Notes: generated by a model from the sequence alone, not told the origin. A DNA stretch of 64,000 nt from Verrucomicrobiota bacterium (GCA_038214755.1 JBBQRQ010000007.1:6448-70447), one strand, 5' to 3'; numbered from the stretch's first letter, positions 41,667 to 50,952 are shown. A program made the numbers and translations.

Positions 41667-44600
41667 TTAAGGTAAAGTGAACGCATAAATTAATCTATAG
41701 AATTTTTTACCCGCTCCCACGGTTACGGTATAGGGACTGGTCACAGGAGTTGCGTTGCTATTCAGTGGTACATCCGTCCATCCCGATGGATTTGAAACGT
41801 CGTCACTCTGTTGCAATCTGAACCCGGCTCCCGACCACGACAATGTCAATTGACCCCCAGCCAAAACAGTGGTGATTTTTGGTTGAGGGGCTGAAATCGG
41901 CCCCCACGCTTGCACGTCGTCCACGTAATCGAGACCCGTATTATTGCCGTTTTTGAACGAGAGACCTTTGATGACCGTTCGGACGGGACAGGCGTAGTTG
42001 GTCGAAACGCCGTTGGCCGCCACGAGGACATTGGTGGAACCCACAACATAATCGGCCTCCAGCTTAACCCAAGTGTTTGCGGGTACGGTCACACCTTTGG
42101 CTATATGAGCGGTGCCGTTAAAGACCGTGACAGTAAGTTGCGTAATGCCGATGGAAATAATTTGAGCGAAGGTATCCGCCGACGGACTCGTCGTGTCCAG
42201 ACCCATTTGTGAAAACCCCCCGACGAAGTGATAGATCCAGGCCTCGTAATGCAGGGTACCATTAGTCACACTCGCCGTGAATGCCGGATGCGCTATACGT
42301 TGGGAAGCAGTGGCGCTATTCGGTCGTTCGCTAATCAGGTACTTCAAGCCTCCGTGCGCCCCTGGGTCAGGGTTATCGGTCGTGATGGTAAGGAATGGCA
42401 ACGGAGGATAAATGTTATAGGAGCCAATTTGGGGTGCATCAGGAGCGGTGTTCGGGATGGAATTTTCAAAGGTGTCGGCGAAAAGCAGCGGCGAAACCAC
42501 CGCACTAATATCGTCCACATAGCTTACACCCCCATCAGCACCATTTCTGAACCAGAGACCTTTCACCACAGTTTGCGCGGGAACGGAAAAAGCGGCTGGC
42601 GTGTTGTTGACCGTCAGGACGATGTTGGTGGAGCCGACCACATAATCGAGCGCAAGTTTCGTCCAAACTCCCAGAGCGTTGGTCAGTCCTTTGTCCACGA
42701 ACGTCGTGCCGTCCCAAACCCGAACTTTCCCATCCTGACCAAACGCAGCATCCGTGTGGAAGGAATCCCCAGCGGTGTCCAAACCCATTTCCGCAATCCC
42801 GCTCCCGATGGGCAAGTTGATCCATGCCTCCACGTGTACTGAACCATTGCTTAGAGGGGCAAAGAAGGCCGGGCGGGCAATACGTACCGTAGCCGCCGTC
42901 ACTCGTTGGATGACCAAATAGTTCGAACCGCCATGCGCGCCAGGGGCGAGGTTATTTGTCACCACGGCGGGGTTCGTCTCGACGTTATATGAGCCTGCCT
43001 GAGGCGCATTCGGGGCGGATCCAACAGCGGCGTTCTCAAGGTTGTCGCTGAATAAAACAGCGCTGTAGGAAGGAATATTATTTGCACGAAAATTCTCACC
43101 TGGCCCCGCGCCCGTCGGCTGGGGATAAGAGGCATTGGTGGTTATTAGAATTTTATCGATGATAAAGCCGTCTTCGCGCATCCATATATGAAACTGATGA
43201 TCGCCGGGTGAGGTCACGTCGAATGCCACCGGTGTGCCATCCAAGTTGGTGTTCAGCCAGACCCAACCGGCGCCTGCCGGGAAACGGCCGATACGACGCG
43301 TCGTGGAAAGCAATACCTTGTCCAGTCCGGCATGCACCACGCCGTTGTCGGTGGTGCCAACAGTTCCATTATCGCGTCCTCTCACCCAAATGTAATGAGT
43401 GCCAGTGGTGAAGAACCTGACTTTGTAATCCAAGCGGGGACTGTCGCTGACATCGTCTCCAACGTTGACCCCGGTATTGGGCACAGCTTGCATCGCTCCC
43501 TCTCCAGAATACCCTGGATCAGAGTTAGTGCCTGTCCAACGTTGGGCTAGAACATTAGGCAATACGTTGCGGTCAAAACGTTCCGCTTCAATTACCAGGA
43601 GTCCGTCCGCGCTCTCTTGCAGCGGCGGCCGGGTGTTCAAGGTGCTGATGATGGTGTAAGTGATAGTATTGCTGTTCACGTTGCCCGGAAGCGCGTCATC
43701 ACTGTAAACTAACTGAACCGTGTTGGTGGCTTCTTCCGGTTGAATTGGAGGCTGGTAACTTATGATGGTGAGATTAGTGCCACTCGGCCTGGTGATGGAG
43801 GGCAAAACCGGAACGCCGTTAAAGTATAGCACCAGTGAATTAGTGTTAACCTTTTGCGTCCCGTCCTTTACCGTAAAGACGACATTGGTGGTTCGTGATA
43901 CACCGGTCGCTCCGTCCGCTGGTTGCGTTGATACTAGTAAGGTCTTGACGCCCGGAAGCAAGTATGCCTGCACGTCGTCCACGTAGTTCGTAGCAGGCTG
44001 GCTGCCGTTCTTGAAAAAAAGGCCAATGATGCTGGTGGTTATTCGGGGAGTGGCATAATTCGTAGTTGTGCTGGGATCGTCGTTGAGCGTCAGGGTCAAG
44101 TTGGTCGTCCCCATCACATAATCGAACGCCCATTTATGCCAGGTGTTCAGCGCCAGGGTCTGACCTTTGTCCACGAAAGTCGCATTCTCAGGAGAGACAC
44201 GGACGGACGTGCCGTTAATGCCCATAACGTTCGCTATGAGATTACCCGCAGTGATCGGAGTTATGACAAATCCAATTTCCGCAAAGGGCGGGGTCGAACC
44301 TGATTTGTTGTAAAACCAATTTTCGACATGCAACCTATTACCAGCTTCGGTCACGGCGCGTGTGAACTGCGGGCGCACTATATATGAACTTGAAGTGGCG
44401 CTATCCAATCGCCTCGTGATCAGGTAATTCGCGCCCCCGTGAGCGCCGGGGCTAAGGTCATTCACCACGCGGGTTAGGTTTGTCGTCTCCATGTACGACC
44501 CGAACTGGGGCGCGGACGGGACAGCACCGACCGTGTTGCTTTCAAAGTTGTCGGCGAAAAGAACTTCGGGGACAAACGGAATTGCGTCGTAATAAACAGT

Positions 44601-45284
44601 CGAGCCAGCGCCACTGGTCTCCAGCCTGATGCCAGTGGCGTTGCCGCCCGTGCCACCATAGGAAGATTGGGAATTCCTCGTTTCGAAGGTCGTGCCATTG
44701 ACCGAAACTGACCACGAACCGCTGCCGTTGGTGTGTTGCAAAACTACAGTATTCCATGCGAGGAGGTTGTACGTCTGAGTCAGAACCTGGGGGCCAGGAA
44801 TACTGCCGTCGTAGATGCTGATTGACCCATTAGCCAAGAAATCAATTTCACCACTGTCCGCCGCACCAGACATGGGAAAAGCGGCGGCACCATTGGTATC
44901 TACATAGATGGAAAAGCTGATCCGGACTAAATCGCCTGTACCACTATTAGTCGCAGCGCCAAACTCACCAACTGCCGTGATTGTTGGACTGCCTGGTGTA
45001 CGGGCGAGGCGCAAGAACTTACTGCCTTCAGTGGCGCTGATGGCAGCACCAAGACGATTGGTCGCGGCAGCCACAACTGCCAAGCTGTTGCTCAAACCAT
45101 TATTAGACCAGTTACCCACTAATGGATCGTTCGCACCAGGAACCGAACCGACAGTGCCGTTCTCAAAATTAGCGTTGAAGATGGACTGACTCTTAGTGAC
45201 GTTGAAAATCACGAAAGCATTGGCTGGGGGCGTCAGACAGAGAGCCCCGAGGGCAGATAGGACAAACAATTTTGTTGGTTTCAT
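41667..45284 (-). CDS. Large secreted/surface protein with internal repeats
   Basis: Signal peptide, three ~190-aa repeats 'LF.D.(F/L)E...P.APQ.GSY...PGAHGG..YL...YVDD', an Ig-like and a CBM-like middle, and C-terminal 'LTLSWSG..F.LQQS...KKFYRL'. Confidence 0.85.
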   Translation of the reverse strand: MKPTKLFVLSALGALCLTPPANAFVIFNVTKSQSIFNANFENGTVGSVPGANDPLVGNWSNNGLSNSLAVVAAATNRLGAAISATEGSKFLRLARTPGSPTITAVGEFGAATNSGTGDLVRISFSIYVDTNGAAAFPMSGAADSGEIDFLANGSISIYDGSIPGPQVLTQTYNLLAWNTVVLQHTNGSGSWSVSVNGTTFETRNSQSSYGGTGGNATGIRLETSGAGSTVYYDAIPFVPEVLFADNFESNTVGAVPSAPQFGSYMETTNLTRVVNDLSPGAHGGANYLITRRLDSATSSSYIVRPQFTRAVTEAGNRLHVENWFYNKSGSTPPFAEIGFVITPITAGNLIANVMGINGTSVRVSPENATFVDKGQTLALNTWHKWAFDYVMGTTNLTLTLNDDPSTTTNYATPRITTSIIGLFFKNGSQPATNYVDDVQAYLLPGVKTLLVSTQPADGATGVSRTTNVVFTVKDGTQKVNTNSLVLYFNGVPVLPSITRPSGTNLTIISYQPPIQPEEATNTVQLVYSDDALPGNVNSNTITYTIISTLNTRPPLQESADGLLVIEAERFDRNVLPNVLAQRWTGTNSDPGYSGEGAMQAVPNTGVNVGDDVSDSPRLDYKVRFFTTGTHYIWVRGRDNGTVGTTDNGVVHAGLDKVLLSTTRRIGRFPAGAGWVWLNTNLDGTPVAFDVTSPGDHQFHIWMREDGFIIDKILITTNASYPQPTGAGPGENFRANNIPSYSAVLFSDNLENAAVGSAPNAPQAGSYNVETNPAVVTNNLAPGAHGGSNYLVIQRVTAATVRIARPAFFAPLSNGSVHVEAWINLPIGSGIAEMGLDTAGDSFHTDAAFGQDGKVRVWDGTTFVDKGLTNALGVWTKLALDYVVGSTNIVLTVNNTPAAFSVPAQTVVKGLWFRNGADGGVSYVDDISAVVSPLLFADTFENSIPNTAPDAPQIGSYNIYPPLPFLTITTDNPDPGAHGGLKYLISERPNSATASQRIAHPAFTASVTNGTLHYEAWIYHFVGGFSQMGLDTTSPSADTFAQIISIGITQLTVTVFNGTAHIAKGVTVPANTWVKLEADYVVGSTNVLVAANGVSTNYACPVRTVIKGLSFKNGNNTGLDYVDDVQAWGPISAPQPKITTVLAGGQLTLSWSGAGFRLQQSDDVSNPSGWTDVPLNSNATPVTSPYTVTVGAGKKFYRLIYAFTLP

Positions 45285-45761
45285 AGAGTTAGTAGCTGTG
45301 AGTATCTTGATGGTATTCCGATTTTCGCAGAGGGAGGTCTGTTGCTGTTTTTAATTTTTTTTCCGGACTTGAGACAAGTTTTAGAGATGGCTCCGCACTT
45401 GATTGATGCACGGAGAACCAACGCCGAAGATCAACTCCTTATTAGAATTTTCGTACATCTGCATAAAAGTTTCGGGTAAACAACCACGAACCTTGCCACT
45501 AGGCCACCCATATCACCAAGATACTGCAGTCTGTTAAACATGGCAGAACTTCCCAAGTTTCGCGCGCAAATGCCTTTTCCTATCCCCGACGTGCCGTGGC
45601 GTATCCCACGCTGAAGGGAATGAAGCGTTTCTCAAGGAGCAGGTTGATTTTGCAGTCGGTCGCGGCACCAAGATGTACGCGGTCAAAAAGCGGGGTAATA
45701 CCCCAGCGCAGCACCCGCGTGTCCGTCGAGAATGCGATGAACGGCCGTGTCATAATTGTGA

Positions 45762-45771
45762 TGGTATACAA
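45762..45771. promoter_or_regulatory. Putative GntR(FadR-type) operator
   Basis: TGGTATACAA, one mismatch from the palindrome TGGTATACCA. Related sites at 45930-45939 (TGGAATACCA) and 45311-45320 (TGGTATTCCG). Confidence 0.45.
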
Positions 45772-45987
45772 TGCGAGAAATTCTTGGCAAGCTTTTTTTT
45801 GATTTATTTTTTTCAAGAATAAACATGCCAACTACTATGAAATCCGATGCTCGAACGTGGTTCGGGTGGGCGACGGACAAGGGTCTAATCGACTCCAGAC
45901 TGGAAAATGCTTTGACAACTGACACGGAATGGAATACCAAGGTGGCAATAGGTTGTTTGAGAGTCACCACCGTCAGGAAAAATCGCT

Positions 45988-46629
45988 ATGTTATCCGAAA
46001 AAGTCTACAAGAAAGTTAAGTCGATGATCTACGATGGACACTTGCAGCCAGGTGAGCGTCTGGTGGAGCGAGATCTTTCCCGGAAGCTAGGCACAAGCCG
46101 CATTCCCTTGCGTGAGTCTCTGGTTCGTCTTGAATCCGAAGGGTTAGTACGCAGCATCCCGAACAGCGCCTCTTACGTTGAGGATTTTTCCCCGTCAGAC
46201 ATTTTGGAAATGTATTCGATGCGACTCGTGCTGGAGCCCTTGGCGGCGCGACTGGCCACGCTGCAGCATGAGGATTCCTTGTTGGACAAACTGCGCAGGC
46301 TTTGCGAACTGATGACCACCTGCACAAGAAACTGTGATTGGACTGGACTTGATCGCGCCGACTACCAGTTTCATCGCTTGATCGTCGGCGCATCAAGCCA
46401 TAAACTTTTGATTCGTACCTATGACAACTGCCATATCCAAGTCACCGGCAGCCGCCCTTCATACGCTCACTTGAAGCTCCTTACCCCTGATACTACCGCT
46501 AAAGAACACGATGTCATCATGCAGGCTATTGGAAAATGGGATGCCCACGCTGCGGAGGAAGCTACCCGCGATCACGTAAGACTTGCTCTCGGTCAACTGG
46601 AGGAATACTTAGGAGTACGGCTGAAATAA
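45988..46629 (+). CDS. GntR-family transcriptional regulator (FCD domain)
   Basis: 'LQPGERLVERDLSRKLGTSRIPLRESLVRLESEG', 'DYQFH' and 'EH..I..AI...D'. Confidence 0.93.
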   Translation: MLSEKVYKKVKSMIYDGHLQPGERLVERDLSRKLGTSRIPLRESLVRLESEGLVRSIPNSASYVEDFSPSDILEMYSMRLVLEPLAARLATLQHEDSLLDKLRRLCELMTTCTRNCDWTGLDRADYQFHRLIVGASSHKLLIRTYDNCHIQVTGSRPSYAHLKLLTPDTTAKEHDVIMQAIGKWDAHAAEEATRDHVRLALGQLEEYLGVRLK

Positions 46630-47125
46630 AGGATCGGGGCATTAATGCCAATGCTACGGCACCAAACATATCCATCCGGGCATCCTCGCTCTTCCACGGA
46701 ACACGTTTTGGTGGCAACCGGAATCCGAGTTCATCCGAAAATTTGTCGGCAATGATTTGAGCGATCTGATGTTTGGTGCCGTGTCCATCAGGAACAAAGG
46801 TACGACTCACCTGCTCGCGCGGAAACAACAGGACAGTGACATTGCGTTTTTCCGCCCGGAAGATGATTCGCTTGGTGAGCATCCGAATCCTCGTTGAACG
46901 CCGGAACGGTTTAATGGAAGTATCTTCAAGAACCAGTACGTCAGGCTCATAATGCTCGATCATCTCTCTTACCCTCGCAATTGATCCATTATTCTTGTCT
47001 CCATCAATTGCCTTCAGACCCCAATCGGCCAAGATGTTCTGTCCTTCAAGGAGCGCAAAACCGAGACCTCGAGTTGAGAGAGCTATTCCAAGGATACGAG
47101 GATATTTCGGGAGAGTCTTTGTCAT
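46562..47125 (-). CDS. RuvC-like (RNase H fold) protein, probably catalytically degenerate
   Basis: 'RILGIALSTRGLGFALLE', 'PDVLVLED', 'TK.QIA' and 'MFGAVALAL'. Confidence 0.65.
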   Translation of the reverse strand: MTKTLPKYPRILGIALSTRGLGFALLEGQNILADWGLKAIDGDKNNGSIARVREMIEHYEPDVLVLEDTSIKPFRRSTRIRMLTKRIIFRAEKRNVTVLLFPREQVSRTFVPDGHGTKHQIAQIIADKFSDELGFRLPPKRVPWKSEDARMDMFGAVALALMPRSFISAVLLSIPPVDREQVLRDRG

Positions 47126-47136
47126 GATGTTCTGGG

Positions 47137-47469
47137 TTAAGAAGCCGCAAGGTCAGCGAATGCTTCGCGTTTACGAACGCTCTGGGAACTAGGTTTGCCG
47201 AAATCTTTTCTTTCCGATAAAATCTTGGCCCGCTCGGTTACTTCTCCTTCGACTTTTTGATAGAGACCAGCAAAGAGTTCACTGGTTGATCTTTTGTAAA
47301 CGACCTCGAACGCCAAGGCGGTTCTCAAACTTGGCTCACGAGCAAACCGTTCGTAACGGGAAATCTTGGCTCCGCTTCTAGTGCCCAACAGAAAAGCCAC
47401 TTCATCTTGGGATAAAGCAAGGCGCTTTCGGTTTGCTTTGAGGTAATTGGGTAGTTGTGGCGAAGACAT
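47137..47469 (-). CDS. XRE-family helix-turn-helix protein
   Basis: 'LKANRKRLALSQDEVAFLLG....ISRYERFAREPSL'. Confidence 0.88.
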   Translation of the reverse strand: MSSPQLPNYLKANRKRLALSQDEVAFLLGTRSGAKISRYERFAREPSLRTALAFEVVYKRSTSELFAGLYQKVEGEVTERAKILSERKDFGKPSSQSVRKREAFADLAAS

Positions 47470-47541
47470 GGAATTGATCAACTCTGAATGAGTTACAAGT
47501 TACAGTATCCGATCACTCGGATTACCTCACGGGGGCAACCT

Positions 47542-47559
47542 TTGCCGGAATCGGCAAGA
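47542..47559. repeat. Palindromic box TTGCCG-N4-CGGCAA-GA, copy 1
   Basis: TTGCCGGAATCGGCAAGA; 16/18 identical to 49959-49976. Confidence 0.7.
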
Positions 47560-47713
47560 TTTTACAAAAACACCGAGCGTTTTTGCTCGGCGCTATCGGA
47601 AATATAAAAGCACATTTCTGGAGATTTGTACAGTATTCTTTGTGATTCAACTTGCCTAAACCTACAAGCTTCACCGTCTGCCTCGCCGTATAGAGATGGG
47701 TCAGACTTAAGTG

Positions 47714-47884
47714 ATGAAAATTGAGCAGACCCAGATCGATGAGTTGAATCGCATTTGTATGGAGTCCTTTCAAAGAAATTTCTCCGAAACCGAATTACAG
47801 GAGATTGCCCAAAGGATCATTCGCTTTCTCAAGAATACCGAAGGCTTCCCCGCTCCACTTTCGCACGACGTTGACCCGGATTAA
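47714..47884 (+). CDS. Small 56-aa helical protein upstream of the recombinase (below the ORF-track cutoff)
   Basis: MKIEQTQIDELNRICMESFQRNFSETELQEIAQRIIRFLKNTEGFPAPLSHDVDPD*; co-oriented and 31 bp before the LSR. Confidence 0.55.
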   Translation: MKIEQTQIDELNRICMESFQRNFSETELQEIAQRIIRFLKNTEGFPAPLSHDVDPD

Positions 47885-47915
47885 CGTCGTACGTTAAGCT
47901 AGAACAATCCCTTCC

Positions 47916-49754
47916 ATGACCCCCTATGTAATTTACAGTCGAAAATCGCTGGAGGATGAAGACAGTCAAGTGCAATCAATTCCGTCCCAAGAGAAGGAAA
48001 TGAAATCGATTGCGGCTAAATTCAATTTGACCCTCGTCGAACCTCTGCTGAGTGAAGCCAAATCCGCCAAAGCACCTGGCCGGCTTGTTTTCAACGAGAT
48101 GATGGAGCGGGTTGATAAAGGTAAAATCAAAGGAATACTTTGCTGGAAACTTGATCGGCTTGCCCGCAATCCCGTTGACGGCGGACGGATCATTTGGGCA
48201 ATCAAGCAACATGGTTTAGTCATCAAGACCCCTCACCAAACTTTCTCCCAGGCGGAGGATAACTTGATTCTCATGTATATCGAGTTTGGGATGGCTCAAA
48301 AATATGTTGATGATCTCAGTAGAAATACCACAAGAGGTTTGAAGGCCAAAGCTGAAAAGGGCTGGTACCCCGGTGTAGCTCCAATGGGATATTTAAACTC
48401 CAAGATAGAAGAACGTGGCAGTAAAACCATCCTGAGTGACCCGGAACGATTTGCGGCTGTCCGGCGAATGTGGGATCACATGCTCACGGGCAATTTCAGC
48501 CCCGCACGCATCCAGAAGATGGCAAATGCGGAATGGGGATTTCGCACTCGCCAAACCAAACGAACGGGAGGTAAAGCCATTTCAAGAAGCACGGTCTACA
48601 AAATCTTTTCTGATCCCTTCTATTATGGTCGGTTTGAATATCCAAAAAGAAGCGGGCTATGGTATGAAGGCCAGCATGAACGGATGATTACGGAGGCAGA
48701 GTTCAACTGCGTCCAAAAGATACTTCACCGCGAGACTAATCCGCGGCCTCATACGGAATTTGTTTTCCATTTCCGAGGATTGATTAGATGTGGAGAATGT
48801 AATTCAAGTATTACAGCCCATTGTAAGGAGCAAGTGCGTTGCACCGGGTGTCATTACAAATCGTCGGTCAAGAACCGCGCTTCCTGTTTTAAGTGTGGTC
48901 TATCACTCAATGACATGAAAGCTCCGAAGCTCAGGCAATACGCGTATTACCATTGCACGCGCAAGCTCAATAGAGCTTGTCGCCAACAATGTATTTCTGC
49001 CGATGCCCTCGACAAGCAACTAACGGAAAAGTTGAAGGCTTACCGTCTGCCACCCGAGTTCCGGGATTGGGGCTTGAAATATATTGAAAAACTAAAGGAT
49101 CAAGATCGTGCGGAGAGAAAGCAAATCTTTGAAGAACGCAGAAAGACGTACGACCAATGTCTATCTCGCTTGGAGAATCTGGTTAAGCTCAAGACAGCCC
49201 CCGAGAATGCTGACGGCAGTCTTCTTTCCGATGAGGAGTATCAAAAACAGCGCTCCGATTTACTCAATCAGAAAGGCAGTCTAGCAATGGATACTTCCAC
49301 CTTTGAGATCGAATTGGAGAGCAAGACGCGCGTGGCAAAGGAAGCCTTAAACACGATGGGCCAAATAGCCGAACCGACCTTCGATGGGGATGTTTTGAGA
49401 AAAAGAGAGATTCTGGCTGCTCTGGGATTGAACCACGTCTTAAAGGAAAAGGAGCTAGAGATTAGGCCGGAATTTCCCTTCTCTGACTTTCCATATGATG
49501 GAAAGCAGGATCGATCTAGTATTGACCCGATTGAACCGGAAAATATGCAGGAGGGACCAGGCTTAAATGGGGATACTATCTCTCCTTGTCCGAGACTGGA
49601 GCGGGACGTGGACGAAGATCGAACCAACGCATTGAAATCGTGCCTTCAATCAATCTGGAAAAAGATTGATCCATCATCGCCGATTTTCAATCGCTTTCCT
49701 TTTAAACTAGGGGCACCAATTGTCCCCGTTCGTCGCGGGAGACGGCTAATTTAG
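47916..49754 (+). CDS. Large serine recombinase (resolvase + recombinase + zinc ribbon + coiled coil)
   Basis: 'YSRKS' with catalytic Ser11, 'WKLDRLARN', 'APMGY', 'GQHERMITEAEFNCVQ' and 'GLIRCGEC...YYHC'. Confidence 0.93.
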   Translation: MTPYVIYSRKSLEDEDSQVQSIPSQEKEMKSIAAKFNLTLVEPLLSEAKSAKAPGRLVFNEMMERVDKGKIKGILCWKLDRLARNPVDGGRIIWAIKQHGLVIKTPHQTFSQAEDNLILMYIEFGMAQKYVDDLSRNTTRGLKAKAEKGWYPGVAPMGYLNSKIEERGSKTILSDPERFAAVRRMWDHMLTGNFSPARIQKMANAEWGFRTRQTKRTGGKAISRSTVYKIFSDPFYYGRFEYPKRSGLWYEGQHERMITEAEFNCVQKILHRETNPRPHTEFVFHFRGLIRCGECNSSITAHCKEQVRCTGCHYKSSVKNRASCFKCGLSLNDMKAPKLRQYAYYHCTRKLNRACRQQCISADALDKQLTEKLKAYRLPPEFRDWGLKYIEKLKDQDRAERKQIFEERRKTYDQCLSRLENLVKLKTAPENADGSLLSDEEYQKQRSDLLNQKGSLAMDTSTFEIELESKTRVAKEALNTMGQIAEPTFDGDVLRKREILAALGLNHVLKEKELEIRPEFPFSDFPYDGKQDRSSIDPIEPENMQEGPGLNGDTISPCPRLERDVDEDRTNALKSCLQSIWKKIDPSSPIFNRFPFKLGAPIVPVRRGRRLI

Positions 49755-49958
49755 TCATGAGACTCTTTACTACCCGATGACCTGAACGGGAGGAGGAGAG
49801 ACCTAGACTACCTGTAATATCTCGTATTGATGGAGAAATTCCTTCCCTTTCTGCCGTCTTTATAAAGTAGTTTCTTCTCAGTTATTGCTTTGAATTCCTG
49901 AACTGCCTCCGTGATGATCATTATAGTACGGTATCAAAACTGGAGTAGGAGTACAAGA

Positions 49959-49976
49959 TTGCCGGAGGCGGCAAGA
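49959..49976. repeat. Palindromic box TTGCCG-N4-CGGCAA-GA, copy 2
   Basis: TTGCCGGAGGCGGCAAGA, just upstream of the hicB -35 element. Confidence 0.7.
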
Positions 49977-49989
49977 AATCTACACTGCT

Positions 49990-50018
49990 TTGCATTTTGG
50001 GTTAAAGTTTTATAGAAT
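49990..50018 (+). promoter_or_regulatory. Sigma70-type promoter of hicBA
   Basis: TTGCAT-N17-TAGAAT; the ATG lies 6 nt after the -10 box. Confidence 0.6.
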
Positions 50019-50024
50019 GAAACT

Positions 50025-50273
50025 ATGAACCAATACACCTACTCAGTCGAAATAGAAGCAGCGGAAGAAGGAGGATATGTCGCCTCTGTCCCCGCATTGC
50101 CGGGCTGTCATACGCAAGGCGAATCATTGGATGAAACAGTTGCCAATATCAAAGAAGCAATTGAAGGATTCTTACTGTCACTCGTAAAACATGGCGAGCC
50201 GATTCCTGTTGAGCGTGAGTCGAGACATCCTCTGACTATAAGCATAGGGGTACGATCTCCGCTTGCTGCATGA
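50025..50273 (+). CDS. hicB: HicB-family antitoxin (short form)
   Basis: 'EEGGYVASVPALPGCHTQGESLDETVANIKEAI'. Confidence 0.93.
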   Translation: MNQYTYSVEIEAAEEGGYVASVPALPGCHTQGESLDETVANIKEAIEGFLLSLVKHGEPIPVERESRHPLTISIGVRSPLAA

Positions 50274-50497
50274 CGCGGTTACCTATTCTCAATTCTAAGA
50301 AAATAATTAAGGCTTTAAAACAAGCTGGTTTTGAAGAGGACATTCAACATGGCAGTCATTTGTATTTTTGGCATCCGATAAAGAAACTAAGGACGTGTGT
50401 GCCAATTCATGCCGGCAAAGATATTGGTCGTAGCTTACTGAGAAAGATTTTAACCCAGGCTCGACTTTCAGAGGATGAATTCCGAAAATTACTCTAG
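50270..50497 (+). CDS. hicA: HicA-family mRNA interferase toxin
   Basis: 'IIKALKQAGF...GSH...VPIH..KDI...LLRKIL'; ATGA overlap with hicB. Confidence 0.92.
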   Translation: MTRLPILNSKKIIKALKQAGFEEDIQHGSHLYFWHPIKKLRTCVPIHAGKDIGRSLLRKILTQARLSEDEFRKLL

Positions 50498-50704
50498 ACA
50501 CGAAAGGTGGTATTTTATTGCCCCGAAGTCCAAACCCAGCAAAGTGTTCCGTTCTCCTCACTCGATTAGCTGTCGAACAACATCTCTTCCTTGACCGTTT
50601 CAAAGAGAGACTGGAGTTTAAGAGCAGCTGGAGTGTTTACCTTGTTTACCATACAAAAGTGGGTATCTCTCCTTTTTGAGGTAAACAGTCGGCCTTAGAC
50701 CAAA

Positions 50705-50732
50705 GAAAAACCCCTAAGCTGAGGGGTTTTTC
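50705..50732. terminator. Intrinsic (bidirectional-type) terminator
   Basis: Perfect 11-bp inverted repeat GAAAAACCCCT-aagctg-AGGGGTTTTTC. Confidence 0.75.
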
Positions 50733-50761
50733 ATGGGGGCTATTCTTGCCAATTTGGCAAC

Positions 50762-50929
50762 TTGGAGCGGGACATGGACGAAGATCGAACCGTATCATTG
50801 AAGCTTGCTTTAGAAGGAATTTGGAAAAAGATCGTTCCTTCATTGCCGATTCTTGATCGCTACCCTTTCGTGAATGAAAAGCCAGTAATTCATGCTCTCC
50901 ATCGTGATGAGAAGGGTCGTTTTGTTTAA
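50762..50929 (+). pseudogene. Orphan 3' tail of a related large serine recombinase
   Basis: LERDMDEDRTVSLKLALEGIWKKIVPSLPILDRYPF is 24/36 identical to the LSR tail; 50763-50791 matches 49597-49625 at 28/29 nt. Confidence 0.8.
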
Positions 50930-50952
50930 GAAACAGATCCAATCAAATAATC

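Noticed and set aside
45580-46019. Short ORFs in the gntR divergent intergenic region
   Set aside because: Mutually overlapping, no motifs, and the region looks regulatory.
46562-47125. RuvC-like ORF as TnpB/Cas12/IscB
   Set aside because: Only 187 aa, with no zinc finger, bridge helix or REC region and no adjacent array.
49597-49625. Possible tRNA gene on the minus strand (GGTTCGA...CCA), likewise at 50763-50791 and 53277-53305
   Set aside because: No D-arm, anticodon arm or pairing T-stem, and the T-loop-to-CCA distance is 4-5 nt too long. Treated as an att-like motif instead.
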